Shown: positions 27,299 to 41,900, counted from the stretch's first letter. The stretch: 64,000 nucleotides of DNA from Phoronis australis (GCA_002633005.1 NMRA01000707.1:22478-86477), one strand, 5' to 3'. The notes: generated from the letters alone by a model not told the origin. A program made the numbers and translations.

Positions 27299-29127
27299 GT
27301 AAGTCAAGTCACAAGCATATGAGATTCTAAAGCACCTCTCACTCTTTTCACCATTTCTCAGTGCTACGAGGCATGAGCTGTGCTTGATGCCCACGCGCGA
27401 ATTTGTGAGTGTCGCTTATCGCATTTTCATTAGGCCATTCTCCTCCACGAAAGGTAGCGGCGTTATGGCAGATGTAACACTCAAAGTGCGCATACGCGAG
27501 TCCACGGTTTAGTCATCCATCTTGAGTTGCTTTTTCCATGTACATGTATGGGAAAGTAATATTTTCCGAGAGATATCGACTGATTGTCAAAAGATTGCAA
27601 TTATGCCACTCTCCAACATATTCAGAAGTGTCACAAATCCTTTTTTTTCCTGAAAACCTACACTCAATCATAGAGCGCATTGTAAGATTACCATGTTATC
27701 GGAGTAAGATTCGAATTATTTACTGTACCTAAATATCTACCACGCTACTGTACGCGCGCTAATCATACCGAATTGGAAACTGTGAACTCGTGTTGCACGA
27801 AGCGACAGGTTTTCCAACCGTTTGCTTGGTTGTTGAGGATCAACAGTTTATCGATTGACTGGTTGCAGTTGTCAACTTTACATTGATGTTTGGTTGTGGT
27901 CTCGCAATGTACCGTCTCGTATGGCGCTCTTTGATTAGACAATTTCCATGGATGTCTACAAATATCGATACAGAGAAAATACGAACCTTAACAAAACACG
28001 GAACTCTGTTAGGATAACTTAGTCCTGGTATATTTCACGTATAAATCCTTACATTAAATGAGTGCTTTTACTGAACGCATATACATGTACTGAACTCTAC
28101 AAGACCAGATGGCAACCCGTTTCAGTCGTCAAAAGTGATTTATACACTGTATATATAAAAAGACCTAATCTTTGTTACGGCCGAAAATCGCTTTTCGGGA
28201 CTGTTTTTTTTTTGGATAGACAAGTTGTTAGATTTGATCGCTGATATAAAACAACAAAATCCGTTATGTTTTTGCAATTTTATTATAAACTGCCAATTCT
28301 CAACGTTGTCTGCCGGACATTTTCTGAAATAAAGGCCGATGACATAACAAGTTTTGCGGTTAAATTACTCTGCGGGTGTTGAAAGCTCTATTCCGCGCTG
28401 AGGCTGGTGTCAGGAAATCATGATTTGTCTGACGGTACCACATTGCTATTCCTGCCTTCATTGTTCAAATTACAAAAAACGGCATCAACTTCATTAAAGA
28501 CGATACATTTGATTGGGCCTTTGATGGCCTACTTACCCCCCCCCCCCACCCTCCTGACGCGTGATGTCTCGAGTGAGACAAGGTAAATCTACATGTAATC
28601 CCATTCTGCAGGAATTACTGGCTGTGTGTCATTTTGTATAGTCGTTAACTATCACGGTTGGGCGAGTCATTTCAATTCAGTTCAGATGAACTGTACAGAA
28701 GTTATAATAATTCCCCAAGTAGTAGACAATCAATCACTTTATCCTGTTACCTAGCAAATTCGTCGCGAACGCCGCTTTGGGGTATTATTACGTAATTTGC
28801 TTGTTATACATGGCGATATATTGCAAACACTGTTCGAAAAGGTAATTGAATATCCGTATAACGAAAGCGAATATGGCAGTGTTTATAGTAAAAAAAATTG
28901 TTTGCGTCGTTACGAGAAACGGAAGCTGTTTGATAGTAACGTGACTTTGCCTTTTGCGGAGAATTTTCTACAAAGGGCTCATGCACGCATTATCAGTGAC
29001 GTTTATCAGACATGGCATTTAAACGTTTTTTTTTGCATTCAGGACACATATGTTTTAATTTCGCAAACATTTATCTGACCAGCTCGCCACCCATTGGCCA
29101 CATCAACTGACCTAATTTCCATGCCGG

Positions 29128-31219
29128 TATTCACCTATTTCACGAAAGCGCCATCTTCCCGCGCCATCTTTAAATACTGATCGAAAACGAGGCACGCTGA
29201 TAAAACTTCGTGAGCGGTCATCAGCTGGCCTTGATGGTGTACTGTGCAGTGCCTGAACGTACCAATTCCAACTCGTCGGTATCCTTCCCAGGGATATACT
29301 TAGCCACTCGCCCAGTCGCCAATGCGAGTAAAAATGGTGCTGGGTGAGTAGAAGTTGACTTGCCGGTCGCCCAGGTGGCGAACGAATTTCAAAGCGCAAA
29401 AGCGCTATATATCGTTTCCCAGATGAATATGAATAATTTTCCTCCTCCTTGTGCTGTTTTTATCATGAATTTAAGGTTCAGTTTGGTCATCGTGTCGATG
29501 CTCCGGCAGTAAAAAACATCGGCGCAGTACGACCCTACCGATTCAGTACATGTCACCCGTTACGCGATTCGTCAAAAAAATCACAGTGTGTGGTCGTGCA
29601 CAAAGAATTTGTTGACTAGTACGAAACGAAGAAAAGAGGAGAAAGGTGGAAGACCGGTTCATGTTTTCATAGCAAATGAAATACAATATTTCTTGGAACT
29701 GATTCCTTTTCATCATGTACAATGTCATTTTAGCCAAAATTACTTTTATAACATTCGTCCTAATAAGCGTCCATGCCCCTATAAGCGTCCCCACTCGTTT
29801 CCAGACTTCGCTAAAATAAGCGCCCAGTCCATGAATGTGTATATATTTGTGCGAAAAATGTCTTACCTCACAGTTCTAAAATTCTCCAGTAATGTATTTA
29901 ATTTATCAATAATATCCGACAGTCCTGAAAAATCATTGTGCGCGGAATTTCTAGCCAGACCACGAGCCTTACTGCTATGTCGGTATTTAGCCGTGGCTGT
30001 ACACTTCAAACCGTTCCGCAGTGCTTCAAAAAGAACGCAAAAGATTTGCTGATCTTGCGAGGAAAGTGTCACACTATATGGTCTGGCCCTTCGAACAGAC
30101 GCAGCGTACTGGTCAACGGGATTGGTATTGTATCTTTCCCGTACAGATTTTCTCCCACAGTAGGAATCCAGATTGCTTTGTACACGTAAAATTATAAAAA
30201 CCGCGAATCGAAACCAAGAAGCGCGAGCTAGAGCCTACATATAATGTGTGGGCCTGCTCAATGAGATAAATATAACTACATATACAGCTCATTGAGCCTG
30301 CTACTCGGGCAAATGAACACTGATAACACGCACGCGCTCGCTCACTCGGTGCACACCTGTTGACTCACTTCAATATAAACGTCACCTGACAACAACATAT
30401 GTGTTCGTCCAGACTTTTCTCGTTGCCGGGTGCGATCTAGCGCAGATTTTGACTTAATCTGCGGTTAATCCCGACTCCGAGTCCACAGGAACTTAAGAAT
30501 CTTAGGAAAGGCTATTTGGAAAACTTAAGGAGGATTTGAGGTAATTTGAGGCATCAGTCGGCAAGTTTTCGCCCTGGGATTTCAGCACATTTTTTTTAAA
30601 AGATTAACAACAGAGTTTGATAGCAATGCGCCACAGTTTTGTAGAAAGTCTGTCATAGGTTACACATACGTCACAGCGCGTAAATTTGATGAATCCTAGC
30701 TTCCGATTTCACCCCTTTCGGAGACCGCGGGTTTTAACCGCCGTAGGCTACAAAAAGCGTCCCCCTGGGCGCTAACTATTAGGGCAAATACGGTAGCCCT
30801 AATAAATGGTGACATCAGTGCACGAAACGATGATTTTTATTTAAACTATTAGCAAGTTTGTGGTGACTGGCGCCAATGGCCGGGTGACTGAACTTCGGGC
30901 TAGTAGATTTTCTGGCTCCGGCATTCGCCCAGCTGGCGAGCAGGGTTTTTCAAGACTAAAAGCCTGGGTAAATCCCTGACTTCCACACTTTTCCAAAAAG
31001 GGAAAACTACGGAGGAATGGCTGAGGAGGGTAAAAGTCTAGTTGCCGTGCGTATTGCTATGTTTTTAAGAGATCGATTCAACATCAGACAACTTGATTTT
31101 CGGTAACGTTGATAAGTCTTTTGACCACACCACCTTGCAGGACGATGCCATGTTTGTCAAGGCGCCTCGTTTTCGATCAACACGATAGCAGCGCCCCGCG
31201 TTCGTGAAATAGGTGAATA
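29128..31219. mobile_element. MITE-like element with about 70-80 bp terminal inverted repeats, hosting nested insertions
   Basis: TATTCACCTATTTCACGAA...GATCGAAAACGAGGC at 29128-29205 is the reverse complement of 31152-31219; TA at both outer ends. Confidence 0.65.
29747..30795. mobile_element. Nested non-autonomous DNA transposon (TA-flanked, CCGTA-type terminus)
   Basis: Left TATAACATTCGTCCTAATAAGCGTCC versus right GGGCGCTAACTATTAGGGCAAATACGGTA (reverse complement TACCGTATTTGCCCTAATAG..GCGCCC); repeated TAAGCG(T/C)CC subterminal motifs. Confidence 0.65.
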
Positions 31220-31337
31220 AGATTTACATATTTAGGTTTCAGTTTAGTGATCTACCAGTCAGCGTTTGGCTGATCATTTTTGATACAAACATACTGCTAT
31301 ATATGACAGAGAGTCTTGGGAACTATCTATGAAATTG

Positions 31338-32338
31338 CATAGGCGGATTTACGGGGGGGCAGGGGGCCCGGCCCCCTCCCCCTCCTTGGCTGCCGCAAAA
31401 AAAACATCAAGAGCGTATGGAAATGTTGAGTTAATCAATTAACCCCGGGAATTAACATTATACGGCTGAAACAAGTTTTAAATGTGTGCGGTTTTAGTGT
31501 GCTTTTTTTGGGGGGGGGGGCTCATATCCAATTTCAAGTGTCAAATTCGGAACACGGCGCAATCGTAACGGAACTATGGCTAAGTGTAGGCTCTCCCGCG
31601 ATATCTCAGAAGACCGGCATTTGCCCTTGCGCACTACGACTCCGTTTCCGTCGTCTGCTTCACTGTGCAATAAAGAAAATTACGTCATTTTTAAAGAACA
31701 TGAAATCTGAGTGGGCGATAAAAAACAGAAGCTGAATGTGAATTTTAATCGAAGACTCAGTGAATCACTCAGAAAACTCATAATTCTCTCTTTTTCAAAC
31801 CTTAACTTAAGACGATTTCCAAAGGCAAACGCGTCATGAATGCCAACACAAAAGACGATTTGGTCTTTTGGACAATTGAAGACTATTATAAATACAACAA
31901 ATTTGTTACGAACTGATTGAACAAAATATAAAAAGTGTAATAAATGTTACAAAAAGAAGTAGGTTTCGCGCGCAAACGCTGTGGACCATGAACAAGTAGG
32001 TCTCTTAGAATCAATGGGCTAGTGAAGTCGTGGTGGTACAGTGGTAAAGCACGTGCGTTCTATTTGCCAGGTCGTGAGTTTGAGTCTGATAAGTGCAGAT
32101 TTTCAAGTTTGACACGTTCTCAGTGATTATTTTTTTGTTTTTTTTTTTCTTTGCCTTTTTTCATTCACAATACTTCAGGAATCAAAAAAAACGCTTGATT
32201 GTCAGGGAGGGGTTGTTTGCCTCCCTCCCGACCTCCCCCCATTCGGTGCTATGTGCATCTACAATCGTGTTTTGCACAAATGTTTACAGACAAAATGTTG
32301 GGCCCCCTTGTGATAACCTACATGTAGATCCGCCACTG
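31338..32338. mobile_element. Non-autonomous hAT-like DNA transposon (MITE) with 5-bp target-site duplication
   Basis: Termini CATAGGCGGATTTAC ... GTAGATCCGCCACTG (12/15 inverted match); AATTG directly flanks both ends (31333-31337 and 32339-32343); G/C-run subterminal motifs. Confidence 0.8.
32027..32090 (+). mobile_element. Degenerate tRNA-like (SINE head) sequence inside the hAT-like MITE
   Basis: A box TGGTACAGTGG (32034-32044) and degenerate B box GAGTTTGAGTC (32076-32086) at tRNA-like spacing. Confidence 0.5.
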
Positions 32339-33904
32339 AATTGAACTATGAGTGTGTCAAAGCTGTTTAAGGGATAAACTTAAGATAGAGTATCCACGTA
32401 TGTATACCTTGTTGAGAATTGTCAAGTTCTGTCTCAAATTAGTATTGAATGCAAATTATGGATATATTACTAAATTATGTTATGACGTAATGTTTAGTAT
32501 GACGGAACATCACTAACAGTGTTGGGCATTGAATATAAAGGAATCGTTATTTAGCTGTGGTTAGGGACTGCTCGACTCATCATTCAGTTAGCGGACAATC
32601 ATCTAACATTTGTTGAAGAGTTCAAATAACGACGTGCCGATACTGGCATTAATAAATGAAGAGAAAGCATTAACGGTCAAAACCTGAATGCATATACATT
32701 TGCCCAGTCTGGTTTTTATGGATAAAGTTATATAAAGGTACATAACAGTGTTTGATTGGTTTGTATGTGGATCAGTTACAGCTCAACTCAGACGTTCTTC
32801 CTTGTTTGCAATAAGTAGACGCGTGAATATTTATATGGAGGACAGTAAATAGAAATATCGTACATTAGATAAAATAAAAACAGAATTTCATATTTTACTA
32901 AAATTCTTACTGTATATATCTCTCAGACAACAATATTTAACTTCTTTGCAAACAATATTCTTTGCAAACAATAAGCACTTAGTCTTCTTTTCAGTGAATG
33001 TTAAAACTCGTAAGTAGAGTGTAAATGCATGCATACCTAGGGAAGTGGCAAAATGTATCATAAGTGTTGAAAAGAACGGAATGGTTTCTAAGGCAATGAG
33101 ATCTAATCCACGAGCTGTATGAATAATTGTAAATATGTGCGCGTATGTAAATAGCGCCGCCAATCTTACGTAATGAAGGTCGGGGGCCTAATAATTAAGG
33201 AGTATATTGTATGTATGTCGCAAATACGTGCGTGATCTCGCCAAATCGCTGACACGAGACAGAAGCAATTATTTAGTTTTAAAATGAACTTTGCAAGCTG
33301 AAAGTGTTGTAGATTACAAAACTCGACTTTTGTCTGTAAGAAACACGCCTGCTTATAAAATCAAGACGGTTGAGCGTTAAAGATCCTGTTTATAAAGGTA
33401 ATCTCTCGCGAAGTCAAATCAATACGAACTGATTACCGAGTATTAAGTTTCTCAGCATCAATAAGACTCTGCACCAGTTCAAGTCATGCATCTTCATGAG
33501 CTATAACGTTCAGATTAATTATGTGCTCCCAGTTAAATGGTATTGTTATCCAAGTGTCACGTCGCAAGCAGAACTATGGCACAGGTGCACCTTCGCTTAA
33601 TTGAGAATAGTTTCTCCATAGGTGTCGCTCATTATTCCCGATATGTAAATCTTCTCAGTCGTATCGCAGTGTGTGAATGGATAAATTTCGATTTTACAGT
33701 TATTTCCGTTGATTGTTTTTCCTCGCTCTTGTGTAGCGTCCTCTTCCTACAAGCAATGGATTTTCCAACTTAAGTGAACTGCTTGCGATGTCCACGTTCA
33801 TGATCACATCGTGTATTCTTTATCAGCGCTGTTGAGTGTTGTTATGGCTTGTCGCGCACAATGAAGCCTTGATTTACATTGCTTCCTAGAAGCTGTAAAG
33901 TGTA

Positions 33905-34125
33905 CCTGGAGACTTGGGACATATAGAACCCGGGACGCATAGAATCCTGCATGCTATATCACTTTTTACAGACACATAGAACCCGGAGCGTAAAGTACCC
34001 GGGACACTCGTGTACATGTATAAAGTCCGGGACACACCGAACCCGAAACACGTACATGTAGAACCCACCTGAGACACCTACATGTAGAACCCGGGACACT
34101 GTGTCCCGGCCCGTGGGACCCCGTA
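33905..34125 (+). repeat. Degenerate minisatellite of CATGTAGAACCCGGGACAC-like units
   Basis: About 8-9 variants of (A/G)TAGAACCCGGGAC. Confidence 0.8.
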
Positions 34126-34544
34126 TAGATATGCTCCCGTTTGTATTTTATCTCCAACAAGGATGTACAAGTACATTTGATCCATGCAGTTCGTGGATCT
34201 CCTACGCACTCAGTAGTGCTCGGTGCTGGATATCCACAGTCTTCGCCTCCTTCGTCTTGCACAAAATTACTACGGACTTTATTTCCGTTAGAGAACCACT
34301 GGGAAGGAGAGTCTGCCGTGTCTTCACCCTTAGGGGACGATTGTATTGTCAATTTGCTCAAGAAATTTTCGTGGAACACAGGGGATGAAGACTGGAATTG
34401 CTATTACAACAAACACAACTACTGTAAAAGTATACTGTTCATGAAGACGTCATTGCAGATAGAGCAGATGCCTGAACTCGCACTCAAGGTCAAGGGTCAA
34501 TAAGGACTGGCGAGAGGACAATTTGTTCAGTGATGAGAAATATA

Positions 34545-34705
34545 TAAGTATATGTATATACATGTGTGTGAGTGCGTGTGCGTGTGCGTGTCCATGTGTG
34601 CGTGATTACACGCTTGCGCTCGTGTGTGTGTAATACAATTACGGCGCACACGCGCGCGTGTGTGTGTAATGCAATAACGGCGCACGCGCGCTCGTGTGTG
34701 TAATA
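34545..34705. repeat. (TG/CG)n alternating purine-pyrimidine repeat with duplicated subunits of about 39 bp
   Basis: GTGCGTGTGCGTGT... and repeated ACGGCGCAC..GCGCG..CGTGTGTGTAAT. Confidence 0.85.
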
Positions 34706-37500
34706 GTGAACAATAACGATATTTTTATTAATCATTGATGAAACAAATAGACTAGTTTAATGAATCTACAGGAAATATACAAACTAAAGAATTTTTGAAA
34801 AAACAACCTTGAGCGGAACGCTAAATGAAAATTTCGCGTTTGTCACCAAAATAACCAGTTGCCATACATTTCTGGTACCGTGACCGGAATAAACGACCTA
34901 ATAATAGCCCTCGGTTCGTTGTCATCAAATGGAAGCAGAAGGGCCGGACATTAGTATTCCGTGATTCGTATCTGCTCAAGCAGGAAGTCTTTAGTTACGC
35001 CTATCTGCTTGAATGGACAAATTAATGAAAAGAGAGTTGCGAGATCCGAATCGAACAAGGTAGGAGAAGTTAATGAAACGTGTCTCCATTTTAATGTAAT
35101 ATTGGACCTTATCGGCAAGTCTTTGCATTTAGCAAAATATCTAGACATGTATGAATTTTAATTCAGTAAAACTATACATTTTCTGAAAGTAGAAATGCGG
35201 CGGAATTTCATTTTAACTTTAATTTCTTAGCAAACTGTTATTAATTTGGTCACGCGACCATGGTTTTTTATTAAAATTTAGCAAAAAAAAGGTACGTTGA
35301 TAGTCCAACAACAGTATTAATCAAACGATCAAATTTTATTTGATAAAAATGTTCAAATTGCAAAAACGCTGCTAAAATATTACTTCGTTTTCGTTTTATT
35401 AAATTTCAAGATTTTTCAAGAAAATCATAAAAGTACTAATTGTGATTGCTCCTCACGCAAAAGTGAAACATTGTTAAAACAATTCCTATCATCTTTTTGA
35501 CAAAAGTCCATAAAGCATTGTATCCGAACGTTTCATGCGAATTCAGTCTGAGATACACTGTATGATGTTATGCCATGTGCATTTGGAAACCTCCGCGGTT
35601 TATAAACGAACAGTGGATATCAAAAGTCCCGTTTCTATAGTTTCGTTTATGAGCAAAATCTTCAGCTAATAATGCTGGACTTGAATGTCGTCTCCCTCCG
35701 TCCTAACTCCGTTCTAAGATGGGTAGCTAGGTCGGTGAAACATTTGATTTTTAGACTTTTCTTTGTAGGTTGTGCTCACTAGTGTTTTGACATATTTCAT
35801 TTTTACAATTAAAGATCTCTTTATCGGATTCCAACTGAAATATTCTGAGTGCAAATCAAAATTTTGATGGTTGTGGGAGGGGAGAGTTTAATTCTGATTT
35901 GCCTAACCATGTGTGCCAGCCATCCGAATATTTTGGTTAGTCGGAATCTGTCGTGATAATTTCTTCAACATACTTTGTCTTTTTATTCAAATTGGAAAGT
36001 TCATGAATAAATGCATACGATGTCAAGCAATTGTTTGTGTCAACAAATTCGTGGAAACTTATGGTTGTGCGAATTTCACCCAAAACTGTCGATACTACTT
36101 ATATATGTAGGTGGCTCTTACACCGAAGTTGATCGAACGAGTAAGACTGCTTGTATTGTTCCGCCCGACTTGTACTTAAGTGTAGAAGTGTTTCTTAAAT
36201 GGACTTCCATTAAATCCACATACTATGTAAGTTACCTTTCGGTCGTATTTTGACAGTTTACCGAAAAGTTTTAGACGCAGTGGCAGACGGTCGATTTTCG
36301 ACAACTACACAGTCAAGCGATACACGCAGTACTCCGCCCGCAACAAGCACGTGGTGTTCGTCTCAGAGATCACTCCAACTAATATGAGAGGCCACAAACA
36401 ACCACGGTACTATAGTTTGGATGTAGATGCAAACAATTACAAATCAAAACTGATGATATTGGAACTTGGTATAAATAAGTTTCGCGATAATGCGGAGCGG
36501 CCTGGCTCCTTCTGAGGATTGATGACTTAGTACACGTACATGTAGTTCCCGCGAAAATTTCCTCACCCTCTGCTTGAGTTCATAGACAACAACTGCATAC
36601 CATTGGACCACGTATCAGACCACTTATATCTGACCGATCTGTGTCTCTTCAGAGAAGCATTCTTCAGGCTACAAGGCCTTGCAGTTGTGAACACCACAGA
36701 AGGAAAGGAAATTTTTGATTAATCGTTCACTCAACAATCCTTTGTAGAAGTAGCCCACTGGCTTCGCCAACGTCGGAAAAACTGTTAAGCAGTAAAATTC
36801 CAGAAGTTGTGATTTATGATTTTTTTCGCACCTAGTTATTCACCTGTATCAATGATAATACCCGTCATTTAATAGTTTAAATTTGTTAATTTAGCAGTAA
36901 ACCGATAAACAATAAACGATAACAGTTCTGTTTGACGTCTTCTAACGGGCTTCAATCGGGTCTAGAGCTTAAAAAGATGTGTAATTAATTTTTGGTGGGA
37001 CGGCCTACTTGATTTTATTGCCGGGCTTCACCTGAATTACAAAACAACAAAATCAGTTGTGCTTGTTAGAAGAGCGGACTTCAGACATTGGCTTCCAGTC
37101 AATACTCTGGTACCCGCTGTAGAATTTATTGACGTCTAGACACTGACTATACATGTACATGTACATGACTTTGTACATTGTATGAGCTGTTTGTTGGACG
37201 TAGTAGGCCCACGGTGGAAAACAGCCGACGACTACAGCGCTGGTTCCTATGGCGACAAAACGTGAAAAGAAGCGGTGGACAGCTGAACAGCGTATTGGAA
37301 GAGTGACTTGCCTAGAATAAGCATTTGAGAACGGAATCGTCTTCGAGCATTGGACAATCGTGTGAGATACATTATGAGTTGAACATTTCTACGATATCGA
37401 GGTTGCTCGTCCTCGGGTTTTCGCTAGACACTTTTCGTGTGCATGAGCTTGCTTTCTCAGTTTCATGCTTATTTTTTATTGAATCTTAAGCGTGAAACGG

Positions 37501-37932
37501 TTTGCTTCCTTCCTGAGTCTTGCTGCTAAAATATGGAGTTCTCTGAGCCCAGAAATTAAACGGTCCGATTCAATTAATACTTTCAAACTTAATATTAAAA
37601 AGTGGCTGTAATTTGCTTAAACATTTTATATCCTACCTCTCTTAATCATGTCATTGTTTTCATTGTCTTAAATACTCCCACTATTTATAACCATCTCTTC
37701 ATTTATTTCATCACTCTTAGTTAAATTTTCACCATTATTCGTCATTTATTTAATGGCTCAATTCTCAACCTGTTTTAATTGTATCTGTGTTACGTATATT
37801 TAATTGTTGTTTTATTACTTCATTGTATTATACTACTGTTTTTGTTGTTGAGGGCCCTCTTGGAAAGCAGTGCTATCACTGAAGAGGCCACTCTCATTTT
37901 AAATATCACAATAAACAGATAAATACATAAAA
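37501..37932 (+). mobile_element. 3' end of a CR1/L2-type LINE (ORF2 C-terminus, 3' UTR and tail)
   Basis: 37501-37611 encodes AAKIWSSLSPEIKRSDSINTFKLNIKKWL-stop, matching the typical WN.LP..IK...FK..LK end. Followed by an AT-rich UTR, a GC stem (gggccctcttgg...gaagaggcc) and an AATAAA-like repeated tail. Confidence 0.7.
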
Positions 37933-38877
37933 GTAAAACATCGAATGCTCTCTGCCAAGTACAATTACAAAACTTGTTTTAAGTTAAACACACGTTGAAG
38001 ACCTGATAACCTGGCATGAAACACGCTATCCTACTATTTGCAGCTTTGGAAGTAACTGCTGCGAGAGTACTGTGTTTTTGTATGTCATGCCCGCACTTCA
38101 AAATTACACGTATTTGTGCCGGTCAAAGTGACTTTTTCACGCAAAGAATAGCTGAAGGTCACGTGATCCATCAGGGAGGTTGACCATCATTGCCCGCGCG
38201 GATCTCTTGTGGTGACAAAAGGAAAAGTAAAATACGTTCACGCAGACACTGAGATAGGATTGGTTTTGATGGACAATTTAAAAGAAGATAGTTTCACTAC
38301 TTCAAACCTCAGTGCATTGTGGGTAAACAAAGTTGTACTTTTGTTTGTACAAGTGCTTCCAAAAATAACCGGCCTTGTGTGAAATATAACGCTTAATGTC
38401 AATAGTCACTTCACGTTTGAAAAGTGCGTGAGAGATAACGTGAAATGGCATTTCGTTGTCACTGCTTGTATATCAAATTAATCGGTCGCCAGGTGGCGTA
38501 CAAGACGACACATGCTTGCCTTAGTATTATTACAACATCAAACACAATATAGAAGTTAATATTTGTTGCCCTCTGAGATATTTCATAACATAGTCAAACC
38601 ATTATAGTCTATTACGCTACGTGGCCTACTTCTGTTGTTGTTCTTTTTCAGTACAAGCCTATTTTCAGCGGGACATTATCGGTCTTACTGCCCAAACACA
38701 TATTTGGGATTATTTCTGTCTGACACAGACGTCTTGAAGTTATTTGCTTTCGGACCACAGCCATAGAATAACACAACTCTCATGATTTATTACAAATAGC
38801 CAATTTTCGCCGCTGCCTGTCAGATACTCGCTGATCGAGGCCTGAGGCTTTACCAGTCTTGAACGTATCGAGTGGGG

Positions 38878-38945
38878 GATAGCCCCGTCAGTCAGCAGAG
38901 CGTTAGCCTGCGACTGCGAGGGTTGCGGATTCGATTTCGTGATGA
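38878..38945 (+). mobile_element. Degenerate tRNA-derived SINE head
   Basis: TAGCCCCGTCAGTCAGCAGAGCG (A-box-like) ... GGTTGCGGATTCGATTTC (B-box-like). Confidence 0.35.
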
Positions 38946-41900
38946 GCCTTATCTCGGGAAACGTCAACTCTCCATAATGTCACTTAAAGTGACATGAAAC
39001 AAAGAATTTCCATGAACACTCTGTTGGATGTCTCCATTGTCCAAGCTATAACAATTGGAGAATCTCAGTCAGGGTAGCAAAACCTATGCACTGGGGCGGC
39101 TCCAGGAATCTGCCGGTGCAAGGAAGGGGTCAAAGCATAGGTGTATGTACGTGAGGTCAACGTGCGAAGAACGTGTCCACGTGACGTGGTACGATCAACC
39201 ACATGCTGACATTCTCAATATTATTTCATTCTTTAAAAATTGGGAGAAGTTACATCCGGGAAGAAACGTTGAATATTCATAACACAAGCTTGTTTTGTAG
39301 CAGATAAAAGCTTGTTTTGTACGTTGAAAGGAAAGAAGCCATTCACCATTTTGGTGAAAATAATCCGTAAAAAATACCTCTTTTCGTTAAACTTAACGCG
39401 AACGTTGTGCAGGTTAGGTGACCAAAATGAATGAAAACTATTATAGTCGACTCTGGAAGTTAACTCATATCTCGTATTAATAGTAGAAGCCCGGACTTGC
39501 ATACAAGCTGCCATGTTTTACGATATTTGTCGTCTAACGTTCCCGGACGATCAAACCGCATGCAGTGTTTCAAGTCATAGAGCCCCGTACGTGTTTTTGT
39601 CCAAAAAAGCTCTCATGGTAAACGGTCGCTGTCTCGAGAGTGCTTTAGTGGCTGAAAAGTACACGTAGTTGACAAATCTACCGGTGGCATTCGACTGTTT
39701 TTGACTGGGCGCATAGAGCTGGAATATTTGGATACCCATATGCATCCAATTTCAAGGGTTACCCGAAAAGAAACACACAGTTGACGGGACATTACAGAAA
39801 ATCACCTTCCCATACGTTTTATTCCTCACCATCTTTGAGTGATACCAGCTAGGGAGATGCAACATATTTTAGATCAGAAAAGGCACCCTCAAAATCCAAA
39901 AATAAATCGATGGGTATGATGCTGCGAAAAGCACATTTGACTGTGGCGCTCACCTGGCGTACTCCAAGATGAATGTGACCTGATAATCATATATGTATAT
40001 ATATATAACGATCGACTGAGTTCACCGATACAGTCTTCATTAGTTTATGTGGCAAAATTGTTACTGAGGACTACATTACCATGAATGCACACTGACATAA
40101 AAATTAGGTATCAGTCCATGTAACTACACCTCGCAGTTTGAAAAGGGGAGGGGGTCTGTGCCCGCGCGGCACTTGACTTACGTCTTAATTGTCAAACCTT
40201 TTGTCCGATTGGTGATGTCGGTTGTATGTGTCTCTTGTGACATGGCAGGCTCAAATTTAAGTCTCTGGGAATCCAATGCTCCGACTCGCTCCTGCACGAT
40301 AGGCCGATGACGACCTGTGTCAGTGCTGATTGAATTCCGTCGACGAAGGAAGCACCGGCTATGAGCAGACTTGACCACGTGAAGCGCCTCTAGTGGACAC
40401 GAATAATGAGTGAGCGTGCCATAGAAACACGACTAACATTTATCTAATCTCACATTATACATCGATTATAGCTTAACAAAGCTCAAACGACAGAAGAACT
40501 TTCTTCAGGTGTATGCTGCGGTTGCAATTACAGCTCACTCAAGTCTGCAAATACGTCTGCCGTGCACCATACGCAGTCTCTGCACAACACAGAATATACT
40601 GAAATACTGCACAGCATAGTCGTTAATCAAATCAACAAGAACATTAAATATGTGACAAGGTCACAATATTATCACAAGACGCGGTCATGAGACCATGTCA
40701 TTTCCAGTCGTCTTAATGACAATAGGTCATTGGTTATTCTAGCATAATACTATTGTCTTAGCCTTTTCTATCTAACCGAGCGCTATGTACACTTGAAAGG
40801 TCCAGTCGTAGTCTGCTAAATTAATCCCATTGAGTCCTGGTATCGATTTATCTACATTTGCCGAGGGAGAACGAAATTGTGTTAAGCCAACCGCCTTTCC
40901 CTTCTCCTGCGGAGTGGCATGTTCGATGTGCCATACAGAAATAGTTTATTTGACCTAAATGAGTTCGACGTCGAAACAACGCCCTTGCTGAGAAACGACG
41001 GTTCATCACAGCGATTTTAACGCCGCTGATATCTTGATCTTGTAGAAAATGGAGGACCCAACGGAAGGGTAATTATGACAGTGCCTAATTACTGCTTGAT
41101 CATCATGTAAATTCCTCCGTCACCAATTAAAAGGGTGATTGTGGTAGGGAACCTAGGCGAAACCTTCGTTTTGTCTGTAAAGACACAGAGTTGCCATAAT
41201 CTGCCCTTACTTCTAATTGTCTCGTTTTCGTCATTCACGCTGTAATTACCAATAGTGGAAGATGTCAACAGGGCACTAAAATTTTCTCAAGACAGCTCGC
41301 ATGGATTATGAATTATCATTGTTTAGATACCGGGGTAGATGAAAAGCACCACAAACGTGTAGGCCGTCTGTGGCGTTTAGTTTCACAGGCTTACGTAGCA
41401 TATGTTTTTTGGGTCATGATGTGAACTGAACGTGTGTGTTCATTGCGTGCCTAACACACACGCCTGTTAGCCTTAACCGGCTCATTTTGATCGATAGCTC
41501 GTTCACTTTGAGTTGATTGCAAATAGCCGGACTGTGTTTTGTGCACAGAAAAAAGTGTTCGCGTAACACGTGGGACACTGCAAATATGCTATATACTTAG
41601 CTTCTCGTTAAGGGCTAACAGTTAATGAAATTCGATGCTTTTTATGTAAACATTTTTCTCTAAGGCGTGCTAAAAGAAACACCCCAAATTCGTGTCTGTT
41701 GAGTTACGTAAAAATTCGTTTTAGCTTGACAATGCTACCGCCTGTTGGCTGTAGCAGTCCGAAGCTGGCAAGTATATGCCATCTTTTTGTGTCGCATGGT
41801 ATAGTATGGAACTTGGCGCTTCTGAAAAAATTCTTATCATACGGACAGTCCTTCGACGGTTGGCGCGTTCTCATTTAGACAAGTTAGCCGAGCAACGCAC

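Noticed and set aside
29588-30052. 154-aa ORF in the transposon cluster as a possible transposase
   Set aside because: It runs across the TIR and shows no DDE or DNA-binding motifs.
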